IMG/VR virus record: IMGVR_UViG_3300005253_000923
Span: 627-25,028 of that record
DNA: 24,402 bases
Direction: 5' to 3' (one strand)
From: a virus
How positions within the stretch are numbered: the stretch's first letter is position 1; the number at the start of each line of letters is the position of its first letter. Under the pieces are notes generated by a model. That model made no database searches and had not been told where the DNA came from. It saw only the letters and a program-made list of their open reading frames with translations. Shown here piece after piece: positions 5,487 to 12,280 of this stretch. The position numbers and the translations under genes were made by a program.

Positions 5487-5740
5487 CCGACGAAACCGAC
5501 AGGCTGGACGACTTGGCAAGGGTGCTTGAATTATTCAAGCGGCTTGTTCTTCCCTTCTTGGCCCAGCAACGCGAGGCCGATATAACCCACGCCAAGCGCC
5601 AAGAGCGCACCCGCATCATAGGCCTTGTCGGAAAGCATGTTGGTTGCACTTGCGCTCGGGACGAATGTCCCCCTGGCCAATGTGGAGGCTGTACAACGAT
5701 GGATATCCTGAACGATATCGACCCCGAGGACGAGGGATGA
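5483..5740 (+). CDS. hypothetical protein (85 aa) with a C-terminal Cys cluster
   Basis: Internal ATG of track ORF 5375..5740; ATGA overlap with the upstream stop; CTCARDECPPGQCGGC. Confidence 0.6.
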   Translation: MTDETDRLDDLARVLELFKRLVLPFLAQQREADITHAKRQERTRIIGLVGKHVGCTCARDECPPGQCGGCTTMDILNDIDPEDEG

Positions 5741-5943
5741 CCGACCACTGCCCGGAATGCGGCCTCCGCCACAAAGACCTTATTCCCGAAGGTGGGAATC
5801 TTTACTACAGGTGCGGGCAATGCGGCCTCCAGTGGCGGATAGGCGGCCCGGACGACCGCGCCGAGGACGCCACAGAGGCCCCAGGATCGACGAACGGGAG
5901 CGTCGTGAGCCCCGGGACGCCCGAGAGCGCCACAGGCGATTAG
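5737..5943 (+). CDS. zinc-ribbon protein (68 aa)
   Basis: Internal ATG of track ORF 5644..5943; ATGA overlap; CPECG...CGQCG. Confidence 0.6.
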   Translation: MTDHCPECGLRHKDLIPEGGNLYYRCGQCGLQWRIGGPDDRAEDATEAPGSTNGSVVSPGTPESATGD

Positions 5944-5955
5944 AAGGAATTTCAC

Positions 5956-6030
5956 ATGCCTAAAGACAATCTGCCTGAACACGGTGCGGGCGCGTACAAC
6001 CCCGGCGACGTGCTAGGGATACGACGATGA
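5956..6030 (+). CDS. possible 24-aa mini-ORF (MPKDNLPEHGAGAYNPGDVLGIRR)
   Basis: AAGGAA 7 nt upstream of ATG 5956; its TGA overlaps ATG 6027 (ATGA), filling an otherwise empty gap; below the ORF-track length cutoff. Confidence 0.35.
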   Translation: MPKDNLPEHGAGAYNPGDVLGIRR

Positions 6031-6290
6031 AAGATCGCATTCAGTCGGGACCAACTCCGATACCACCGTGTGAAGTGTGTGGTGAGCATCCCATCTTCAT
6101 GTGGTGTACTGCTGCTATGCCGGTATCCGGTGGTCATTGTATTCACGGCGAATATCAGGACCACGGTTTTGCGTTGTGCCAGAAGTGTCGGGCTGACATC
6201 GAATTGCCGGACGACAGTGTTCAGAAATATCTTGGCAAGAAAAAGCTGGCCCCGGCCAACATTGAAAGGATCGACGATGGGCGGACTTAA
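6027..6290 (+). CDS. Cys/His-rich small protein (87 aa)
   Basis: Track ORF; CEVCG...C..C..H...CQKC pattern. Confidence 0.6.
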   Translation: MKDRIQSGPTPIPPCEVCGEHPIFMWCTAAMPVSGGHCIHGEYQDHGFALCQKCRADIELPDDSVQKYLGKKKLAPANIERIDDGRT

Positions 6291-6552
6291 AGAGGGCAAG
6301 AGGTTGAAGCGGAGCAAGAGCTCGAAGCCAAGAACATTTGATTTGTACGGTGACGTCGACAACACGTATCTCATCGTGCCGCACAACCAGGAGATGCAGC
6401 GGCGGGAGATCGCGGGGTGGTTTTGCGCCAAGCACAATGATCCGTCTCCTGTACGTGTCTGCAGAACGTATCTGCATCAGGTTTCTGACATCCGTCTCAA
6501 GTGCAGCGAAGGCCCGGTGGAGATAACGATCGACATCAAGAGGGCGAAATGA
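6277..6552 (+). CDS. hypothetical protein (91 aa), basic N-terminus
   Basis: Internal ATG 6277 of track ORF 6070..6552; 14-nt overlap with the upstream gene. Confidence 0.5.
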   Translation: MGGLKEGKRLKRSKSSKPRTFDLYGDVDNTYLIVPHNQEMQRREIAGWFCAKHNDPSPVRVCRTYLHQVSDIRLKCSEGPVEITIDIKRAK

Positions 6553-6902
6553 TGAAGAAGCCGTGCGAAGGCGACATCGTGAAAGCGTGCCTCAGCTACT
6601 TGGAAGCCCTTGGTATCTTCGCGTGGCGGAATAACACGGGTGCGATGGGTGGAACGTACAAGGGCACGAAACGGTATGTCCGCTTCGGCGTTCCTGGAGC
6701 GTCAGACATTCTCGGCGTTCTACCCAATGGCAGGTTCTTGGCGATTGAATGCAAAATGCCGGGCAAGAAGCCGACGTTGAAACAGCGGGCGTTCATTGAT
6801 GAAATTAACCGGCACGGTGGCGTAGCCTTCGTGGCCGAGTCCGTCACAGATGTGATGGGATGGGATTGGCACGAACAGAACGAAAGGACTAACGATGATT
6901 GA
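6549..6902 (+). CDS. VRR-NUC domain nuclease (117 aa)
   Basis: Internal ATG 6549 (ATGA overlap). ACLSYLEALGIFAWRNNTG...GASDILGVLPNGRFLAIECK...KQRAFIDEINRHGGVAFV matches the VRR-NUC PD-(D/E)xK pattern from memory. Confidence 0.8.
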   Translation: MMKKPCEGDIVKACLSYLEALGIFAWRNNTGAMGGTYKGTKRYVRFGVPGASDILGVLPNGRFLAIECKMPGKKPTLKQRAFIDEINRHGGVAFVAESVTDVMGWDWHEQNERTNDD

Positions 6903-7188
6903 CACAGACGCGATTTTCAAGTTCAAGATTGGGCAGTGGGTAAGGCCTGTTGGCACAGTATTGCCAGACGGCAAGGGGTGTCGCTGGCCGGCCACGGGCG
7001 AGACGCGATATGTTGTTCAGGAATGTCACCTGCAACAATGTCACGGCGGCGTGCAACTGATTTATAGATGCAAGGTGATTCATAGGGATGGCGGGACAAC
7101 AGCCGGTTTGTGGGACTTCACGGAACCGCAACTCGACCCATCTCGTTCCTATACGGACGATCCCAAGCCCGAGAAGCCCGATGCCTGA
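6895..7188 (+). CDS. hypothetical protein (97 aa)
   Basis: Track ORF; 8-nt ATGATTGA overlap with the VRR-NUC stop. Confidence 0.6.
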   Translation: MIDTDAIFKFKIGQWVRPVGTVLPDGKGCRWPATGETRYVVQECHLQQCHGGVQLIYRCKVIHRDGGTTAGLWDFTEPQLDPSRSYTDDPKPEKPDA

Positions 7189-7393
7189 CAAGACGCCGAT
7201 GCAGGGGGCGCGTGTGCGATGCGAGCCGCCGAAGTGGGGAACATGGACTATGGAAACGCTTACAGAATTTGTGGAATTCAGCGTTCCAACTGAACTTGGG
7301 GAGGTCTGTATTCCCCGCGACCAATTCGATCGCATGGTGCGCTGGTACGTCACCGGCGACCCGTACGGCAAGCTGGAGGTGGTCGATGAGTGA
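7181..7393 (+). CDS. hypothetical protein (70 aa), tandem paralogue A
   Basis: Internal ATG of track ORF 7088..7393; ATGCCTGA overlap. Begins M-x-DKTPMQ and ends DRMVRWYVTGDPYGKLEV, like the next gene. Confidence 0.6.
   Translation: MPDKTPMQGARVRCEPPKWGTWTMETLTEFVEFSVPTELGEVCIPRDQFDRMVRWYVTGDPYGKLEVVDE
7186..7205. repeat. 20-nt perfect direct repeat (partner 7391-7410)
   Basis: TGACAAGACGCCGATGCAGG at the 5' end of both tandem paralogues. Confidence 0.85.
7331..7382. repeat. 52-nt perfect direct repeat (partner 7557-7608)
   Basis: CGCATGGTGCGCTGGTACGTCACCGGCGACCCGTACGGCAAGCTGGAGGTGG read identically at both sites; includes the GGAGG for the next gene. Confidence 0.85.
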
Positions 7394-7628
7394 CAAGACG
7401 CCGATGCAGGCGCGAACGCAAACCGAGATAGAGGCGTTGCCGTCTGAGGGTTTCCATCAAGACGGAAAGTGGTTTCTTGGGCTTGGCAAACCGGACGTGA
7501 CGCTTAGCTACGATCAGTGTTCTGTCACCGTGCAGATGCCGTGGGAAGTATGGGACCGCATGGTGCGCTGGTACGTCACCGGCGACCCGTACGGCAAGCT
7601 GGAGGTGGATGATGATAAAAACGTCTGA
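7386..7628 (+). CDS. hypothetical protein (80 aa), tandem paralogue B
   Basis: Internal ATG of track ORF 7110..7628; ATGAGTGA overlap; shares both termini with 7181..7393. Confidence 0.6.
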   Translation: MSDKTPMQARTQTEIEALPSEGFHQDGKWFLGLGKPDVTLSYDQCSVTVQMPWEVWDRMVRWYVTGDPYGKLEVDDDKNV

Positions 7629-7809
7629 ACAACACCACCGCGACATTGTGCGCGAAGGCTTCCAAGACGCCATTTCGCAATGCTGCCTCATGGCGTTGGG
7701 GAAGCGAGACTGTTCCGGTTACGGCACCGACGCGTTCCGCGCATTGGACGCGTTAGAAATGGCGTTCGGTAAACTTAAGCCGCGTTTCGGGGAGGTGGGT
7801 GATGAGTAG
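7609..7809 (+). CDS. hypothetical protein (66 aa)
   Basis: Track ORF; GGAGGTGG immediately upstream (ATG 7609 or 7612). Confidence 0.55.
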   Translation: MMIKTSEQHHRDIVREGFQDAISQCCLMALGKRDCSGYGTDAFRALDALEMAFGKLKPRFGEVGDE

Positions 7810-7987
7810 AAGCGATCGCATATTCTACACAGTCATCGGTTGTGCCGCGTGTATTGGTGTCGGCATGATGGTTGGCAGCTGCATCGAGGGTTGCGTCAAG
7901 CGGCGCGACGCTGTCCAACAAGGCGTTGCCCGCTGGGTAGCCGACGAAACCGGCGCGGCGACTTTCGAGTGGGTGAAATGCGAGTGA
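7802..7987 (+). CDS. small membrane protein (61 aa, one predicted TM helix)
   Basis: ATG 7802 in track ORF 7799..7987; ATGAGTAG overlap with the upstream stop; hydrophobic IFYTVIGCAACIGVGMMVGSCI. Confidence 0.55.
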   Translation: MSRSDRIFYTVIGCAACIGVGMMVGSCIEGCVKRRDAVQQGVARWVADETGAATFEWVKCE

Positions 7988-8337
7988 CCATCTTCTTTGC
8001 CATCTTGTGCGGCACCGGATTCCAGGTGTTCATCGACACCGACCGTAACATGGAGACAGGATATGGTGCTGGTTACGAATATGTCGTGCGTGTCGTGGAC
8101 GATGAACTATCGCTCCTCGACTGGCAGCAGATACAACTCCACCTACCGGAAGCCTTCGGTGGTCGGCACGTCCGGGCGACGCGGCCGGCGATTCCGTTGG
8201 TTTGTCATACCGGCGGATGGGGAATTCTCGTGGGCTTCGCGTCTGTTATACGGGTCAACGACAACGTGACCGTCCAGATACCCGACGGTCGCTGGAAGGT
8301 TGAATTCTACGACGAAGGGAAGGTGTGTAATGAATGA
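7978..8337 (+). CDS. hypothetical protein (119 aa) with a hydrophobic N-terminus
   Basis: Internal ATG 7978 of track ORF 7840..8337; 10-nt overlap with the upstream gene. Confidence 0.55.
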   Translation: MRVTIFFAILCGTGFQVFIDTDRNMETGYGAGYEYVVRVVDDELSLLDWQQIQLHLPEAFGGRHVRATRPAIPLVCHTGGWGILVGFASVIRVNDNVTVQIPDGRWKVEFYDEGKVCNE

Positions 8338-8551
8338 GGCACAACACATTGGCACTGCGCCATGCGCTTCGATTGCGCACATTGATGGGCATATTGTGTT
8401 GGTATGGTCATGGGACAATAGCACATGGCGGGTGACTGAGTATGCCGCCACACAACGCGAACTCGATATCGAAATAGCATATCGACGCAGTAAGAAACAA
8501 GTGTATGCCATCTTTCGTGTTCGTGAAAGACAGGTGACACGCAATGACTAG
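8330..8551 (+). CDS. hypothetical protein (73 aa)
   Basis: Internal ATG 8330 of track ORF 8300..8551; ATGAATGA overlap. Confidence 0.55.
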   Translation: MNEAQHIGTAPCASIAHIDGHIVLVWSWDNSTWRVTEYAATQRELDIEIAYRRSKKQVYAIFRVRERQVTRND

Positions 8552-8633
8552 CAGGGGCGACGAACTGGCGTTTCCTGTTGTGGGAGACCCGAGCGAGATG
8601 AGCATCTGTTCCGGCATAACGAAGCGTGAGTGA
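8544..8633 (+). CDS. possible 29-aa ORF (MTSRGDELAFPVVGDPSEMSICSGITKRE), or the 5' part of a TGA-interrupted gene
   Basis: ATGACTAG overlap with the upstream stop; third-position GC about 69% by hand count; its TGA sits in a GTGAGTGA overlap with the next ORF. Confidence 0.35.
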   Translation: MTSRGDELAFPVVGDPSEMSICSGITKRE

Positions 8634-9114
8634 TTCGCCGGGCAGGCGCTGGCGGGTTTTTGCGGCGCTTATAGCGCAGGTGGTCGCGCGGATGATGCAG
8701 ATGTTGCTAGATGGGCGATTCTACTTGCCGACGCCCTCATTGCCGAACTGGAGAAAGAACGTGGATAAGATGAAGCTGCACCCGCCCGACTATTGGCTGA
8801 ATGAACTCGCTGAAAGCTTGGAATGGAGTTCTCGCTACCAGCATGGCAAGCGAGACGTTGTTGCCACAATTCAAAACGAAGCCATACAGGTTGCGATTCG
8901 GACATGTATCGAAGCCGAATGCGAGAAGTGCCGCAGGGGCATTGCGACGTGGGCAGACAACGGACCTTTTGTCTGGCATATGGACGGTGGCTACGCGGGG
9001 TATAACGGCCCCATTCACGAAAATGGTTCGACGCTATGCCATGCTTCGGCCCTTCATACTATCACCCCCGCCGCGATCCTCGCCGAACAGGAGAAGGCCG
9101 ATGCTGAAAGTTGA
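8626..9114 (+). CDS. hypothetical Cys-containing protein (162 aa from GTG 8626; alternative ATG 8770)
   Basis: Track ORF; GTGAGTGA junction mirrors the ATGAGTGA junctions elsewhere; third-position GC about 75% in 8626-8769. Confidence 0.5.
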   Translation: MSDSPGRRWRVFAALIAQVVARMMQMLLDGRFYLPTPSLPNWRKNVDKMKLHPPDYWLNELAESLEWSSRYQHGKRDVVATIQNEAIQVAIRTCIEAECEKCRRGIATWADNGPFVWHMDGGYAGYNGPIHENGSTLCHASALHTITPAAILAEQEKADAES

Positions 9115-9310
9115 CACGTTGCGGAGGCAAGAACGCGAGCTAATGAGAATCGTGTGCAACGACAATACGCCTGTATCTATACGCGACAAAGCGTACGACA
9201 TGGCGACCGCGCTTCAATGGGCGCGCGGAGGATGTACTTGGAATCCGCTAACACTACTCAACGACGACATACGTCGGGAAAAGAAGAGGGCCGATGCAGA
9301 CCAAGGCTAA
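9101..9310 (+). CDS. hypothetical protein (69 aa)
   Basis: Internal ATG 9101 of track ORF 8801..9310; GGAGAAGG upstream; 14-nt overlap. Confidence 0.55.
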   Translation: MLKVDTLRRQERELMRIVCNDNTPVSIRDKAYDMATALQWARGGCTWNPLTLLNDDIRREKKRADADQG

Positions 9311-9524
9311 GAGAGACGAGATACGGACGTTGTACGAGAAACACAAAACGCACTTCCCAAAGATGGCCCAAACCGTAGTATCGCTTTGCGACACCTGCAA
9401 CGAACTCGAAGATCAGGTTGCGATCCTCATGGCGAAGGCGGTGGACTTTGAGTTAAAGATCATTGCGCGTATCGAGGGGCTGGAAGCCGCGATCGAACGC
9501 CTGAAAGCGGAGGCCACGCGATGA
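9294..9524 (+). CDS. hypothetical coiled-coil protein (76 aa)
   Basis: Track ORF; overlaps the upstream gene by 17 nt. Confidence 0.55.
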   Translation: MQTKAKRDEIRTLYEKHKTHFPKMAQTVVSLCDTCNELEDQVAILMAKAVDFELKIIARIEGLEAAIERLKAEATR

Positions 9525-9529
9525 GCGAC
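9505..9529. repeat. 25-nt perfect direct repeat (partner 9771-9795) bracketing gene 9521..9769
   Basis: AAGCGGAGGCCACGCGATGAGCGAC at both sites; contains GGAGG, the ATG and the first codons (MSD). Confidence 0.85.
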
Positions 9530-9769
9530 AAGAGAACACTGGTACGCCGCTTTGTCTACTCGTACACAGACGGCGGATTGGAATGCGAAGAGTGCGATTG
9601 GCGCGGCACCGAAGATTCAGCGAATACGCGAGACCTCCCTGACGAAACGGTGTATGCGTGTCCCCGTTGCAGCGAACTCTGTGCCTATACGCCAATCGAC
9701 GAATTGATCGACGCCGACAGCGCGGAACGCATTTGCCAAGCACTGATGGATATCGAGCGGCGAACATGA
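9521..9769 (+). CDS. zinc-ribbon protein (82 aa)
   Basis: Track ORF; ATGA overlap; CEEC...CPRC. Confidence 0.6.
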   Translation: MSDKRTLVRRFVYSYTDGGLECEECDWRGTEDSANTRDLPDETVYACPRCSELCAYTPIDELIDADSAERICQALMDIERRT

Positions 9770-9786
9770 GAAGCGGAGGCCACGCG

Positions 9787-10146
9787 ATGAGCGACGAAGC
9801 GAAAACGGCGGAACAATGTCCGAAATGTGGCTCGGGAGAACTTGCCTATTGCAGCAAGGGTGACGATGATTGGATGTCATGCGACGATTGCGAGCATGTT
9901 TGGCCGCAACCCGAGGAGGCAGACGTCATTCAAGCCGCCCGCATCAAAGGCGCGGAGGCGATGAAGGCGGTCTACGAGCCTCGACTGAAACAACTGCGAG
10001 AGGCCCTTTATGGACTATGGGCAGGCGACAATGATGGTCTATCCCTTGGAGACATGGTGCCCCGAATGCGTAAAGCAGAGAGGGTGTTATCCGTTCCGGT
10101 AGATGACCCAGCCCTCTCCGTCCGCGACGTTGTGGAGAAACTGTGA
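9787..10146 (+). CDS. zinc-ribbon N-terminal protein (119 aa)
   Basis: ATG 9787 within track ORF 9658..10146, chosen because it sits in the second copy of the SD-ATG repeat; CPKCG...CDDC. Confidence 0.55.
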   Translation: MSDEAKTAEQCPKCGSGELAYCSKGDDDWMSCDDCEHVWPQPEEADVIQAARIKGAEAMKAVYEPRLKQLREALYGLWAGDNDGLSLGDMVPRMRKAERVLSVPVDDPALSVRDVVEKL

Positions 10147-10457
10147 TGCTACCCCGTAAACGGCTCACCTTGATTGCCTACTACAACCCGCACGCAATCT
10201 ATATGGGCTGGCATCTTTATCTGCGCGAACGACGCGACCGCCGGAATGCCGACGGTGGTTGGGGTTGGGTACACGGCGGGTGTCCCCAAAACGCAGTGCA
10301 GGATGTTCTAACGCAACTCGGCTTTGGCCGGATTGAGATTGGTGGTTCCGATGGCGGTACGATAGCGACCTTCGCCACACGCTGTCCGAACGGCGTGCGC
10401 TTGGATCAGGCCGAAAACGGTACACTGTACGTTGTGGAGAAACCCGATGCCAAGTGA
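10146..10457 (+). CDS. hypothetical protein (103 aa)
   Basis: Track ORF 10143..10457; ATG 10146 shares its A with the upstream TGA (TGATG). Confidence 0.55.
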   Translation: MLPRKRLTLIAYYNPHAIYMGWHLYLRERRDRRNADGGWGWVHGGCPQNAVQDVLTQLGFGRIEIGGSDGGTIATFATRCPNGVRLDQAENGTLYVVEKPDAK

Positions 10458-10465
10458 CCACGATC
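10442..10465. repeat. 24-nt perfect direct repeat (partner 10719-10742; degenerate third copy 10912-10932)
   Basis: ACCCGATGCCAAGTGACCACGATC at both sites, bracketing gene 10447..10734. Confidence 0.85.
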
Positions 10466-10734
10466 TGTTCACCGAAAAGCAACGCCGCATCTACTATCAA
10501 AGCATTATCTACGCGATCTGCGATGCCGTGGACGAGTATCATGGGTCACGCCAGCGGGTTTTGTGCGGTTCGGTAGATGATCCGTCAGACGAGTTGCAGA
10601 AAACCGTGTCCGGCTTACTGAAACGTCTCGCCAAGATTGATCGCCCGAAAAGGCCATTCCGCACAGCGTATGAGGTAGCAGAGGCGAAGTGTATAACAGA
10701 ACTAATGAAGGGCGGGAGACCCGATGCCAAGTGA
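10447..10734 (+). CDS. hypothetical protein (95 aa), N-terminus MPSDHD
   Basis: Internal ATG of track ORF 10432..10734; 11-nt ATGCCAAGTGA overlap. Confidence 0.55.
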   Translation: MPSDHDLFTEKQRRIYYQSIIYAICDAVDEYHGSRQRVLCGSVDDPSDELQKTVSGLLKRLAKIDRPKRPFRTAYEVAEAKCITELMKGGRPDAK

Positions 10735-10924
10735 CCACGATCAGATTCCGGCGACGCGATGTGCTTTCTGCCGGGAACCAGTAGACATTGAGACATGCCT
10801 GCGTGATCATGCGTTTTTCTATTGCTCCCCAAATTGCAAGCTAGGGCGAGAAAGAGCATACGACAAATACGTTGACCCCTTGGGGCGTCACTCAAACCCC
10901 GACAGGATAGCGACCCATGACTGA
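10724..10924 (+). CDS. small Cys-rich protein (66 aa), N-terminus MPSDHD
   Basis: Track ORF; 11-nt ATGCCAAGTGA overlap; CAFC...C...CSPNC. Confidence 0.55.
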   Translation: MPSDHDQIPATRCAFCREPVDIETCLRDHAFFYCSPNCKLGRERAYDKYVDPLGRHSNPDRIATHD

Positions 10925-11162
10925 CCACGACCAGATCCAAGCGAAGATCGAAGAGACGCTGGGGCTGTGCAGGCCGCCCGTGCTGGGAAGTTGGGAAGGC
11001 AGAGCAAGCCGTGAACGTGAACGGATGGACTACATCTCCAAGATGCTGCCGCGGTACGCGAGGGCGTTGGAGGAAGCACTGCCGGGCATGGATGAGTACA
11101 CAAAATTCTCTGTTGTCAACATCTTCAACGACAAAAGCGAGGGAAGTGATGGACCGAGTTAA
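10917..11162 (+). CDS. hypothetical protein (81 aa), N-terminus MTDHD
   Basis: Track ORF; ATGACTGA overlap. Confidence 0.55.
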   Translation: MTDHDQIQAKIEETLGLCRPPVLGSWEGRASRERERMDYISKMLPRYARALEEALPGMDEYTKFSVVNIFNDKSEGSDGPS

Positions 11163-11295
11163 ACGATTCCTGTGCTGGATGGGTTGGCATAGTCGATCAT
11201 ATGTCTTGTTGGAGTATGATGGCTGCAACCAACATGCTCGGTGCAAGTGGTGCGAATATGAAGGAATACTGGATAGCCAGGGTAACTTGTTCTGA
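11149..11295 (+). CDS. small Cys-containing protein (48 aa)
   Basis: Internal ATG 11149 of track ORF 11011..11295; 14-nt overlap. Confidence 0.45.
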   Translation: MDRVKRFLCWMGWHSRSYVLLEYDGCNQHARCKWCEYEGILDSQGNLF

Positions 11296-11666
11296 TGATT
11301 AGCCTGCTCGTCATCCTACTCGGACAGTTTATCGAGCTTCCGACGGAGCCCGTGCCCGGCGTACACATCTACTACGCGGGCTCGATCACCATCGTCAAGC
11401 CGCCGTGTCGCCCGACTGTTCGGCAGTTCGGGACGTTCGTAGGCTGTATGAATGGCCCGGTGATGAACACGAACAGCCCTTGCGTGACGGGTCGGTGGCG
11501 TCCGGTGTACATGATCGCACCTACGGACCCGGTATCGGACTGCGACGAGTGGACGTTCGACCAGATTCATCTGCTGACGTTCATCTGCCGTTCGCTGGAC
11601 ACGGACGCGGACGGCGATGTGGATATGCGTGACTTTTCGAGGTTGCAGAGACGGAGGACAGGGTGA
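11295..11666 (+). CDS. protein with a hydrophobic N-terminus and a C-terminal dockerin/EF-hand-like Ca-binding loop (123 aa)
   Basis: Track ORF; TGATG junction; MISLLVILLGQF...; DTDADGDVDMRDF fits the D-x-D-x-D-G-x-V-x-x-x-D loop. Confidence 0.55.
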   Translation: MISLLVILLGQFIELPTEPVPGVHIYYAGSITIVKPPCRPTVRQFGTFVGCMNGPVMNTNSPCVTGRWRPVYMIAPTDPVSDCDEWTFDQIHLLTFICRSLDTDADGDVDMRDFSRLQRRRTG

Positions 11667-11902
11667 TGAAATTTCCGCCACTAACACAGGAACCCATACA
11701 GCATGTTGATTGCACCCCCGATGCAGGATATCCGCTGCGAATCCTTAAGGCCCATCGGGAGAATTACGAGTGTCGATGGGAGTGCGACGGCGAGATGAGC
11801 GACGGTACGAAAGAAATGATAGCAGCCATAAATGAGGGTTGCGCAATGCGGGCGACCTTGCTCGACAAAGCGATAGCCATACTGGAACGCGAAGGGAGGT
11901 GA
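11666..11902 (+). CDS. hypothetical protein (78 aa)
   Basis: ATG 11666 in track ORF 11663..11902; TGATG junction. Confidence 0.55.
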   Translation: MKFPPLTQEPIQHVDCTPDAGYPLRILKAHRENYECRWECDGEMSDGTKEMIAAINEGCAMRATLLDKAIAILEREGR

Positions 11903-11959
11903 TGTCTGATGCGACGGAAACGTAAAGTACAAACACCCGTTGAAACCTTAATGTAGCTG

Positions 11960-11983
11960 CGCGGCGGTTGGGGTGCCGCCGCG
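11960..11983 (+). other. GC-rich hairpin abutting a start codon
   Basis: CGCGGCGG (11960-11967) / CCGCCGCG (11976-11983), 8-nt loop, ends 1 nt before ATG 11984; no T-run. Confidence 0.3.
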
Positions 11984-12280
11984 ATGGAGATGATGATGTA
12001 TAAGATACATTTGTGCGGGCCGCATTTGAGCGTACCGGGCGCAACTGAGTGCTGTGAAGCACTGTGGTCAAACATGCGAGCCTGTAAACGCTGCGAACAC
12101 CCCTCGTGCTATCGCGTAGGCATGACGGCTCGTCAAGCGTCCGCTGACAACACGGCTGGCGTCAAGGCGAAGCGTGGCGACGTGCGCATAGGCAAACGCA
12201 TTGCGAAACTGATGGAAACCGACAAGGGTCGGGCGCAACTGGGGATGCCGCCGCGAGAAAGGATGAATGATGGCAAGTAA
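11984..12280 (+). CDS. Cys-rich hypothetical protein (98 aa)
   Basis: Track ORF; several Cys pairs (CC, CKRC, C). Confidence 0.5.
   Translation: MEMMMYKIHLCGPHLSVPGATECCEALWSNMRACKRCEHPSCYRVGMTARQASADNTAGVKAKRGDVRIGKRIAKLMETDKGRAQLGMPPRERMNDGK

Noticed and set aside
5449-7371. Minus-strand ORFs 5449..5982, 5952..6437 and 6889..7371 (160-177 aa)
   Set aside because: They lie antisense to a continuous series of translationally coupled plus-strand genes that includes the recognisable VRR-NUC gene. They have no SD or motif support.
8625-8636. RF2-style programmed +1 frameshift at CGT GAG TGA T linking frame 8544 to frame 8626
   Set aside because: The P-site codon GAG cannot re-pair in the +1 frame (AGT), and there is no slippery sequence. 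A GTG start in the standard 8-nt overlap explains the frame change more simply.
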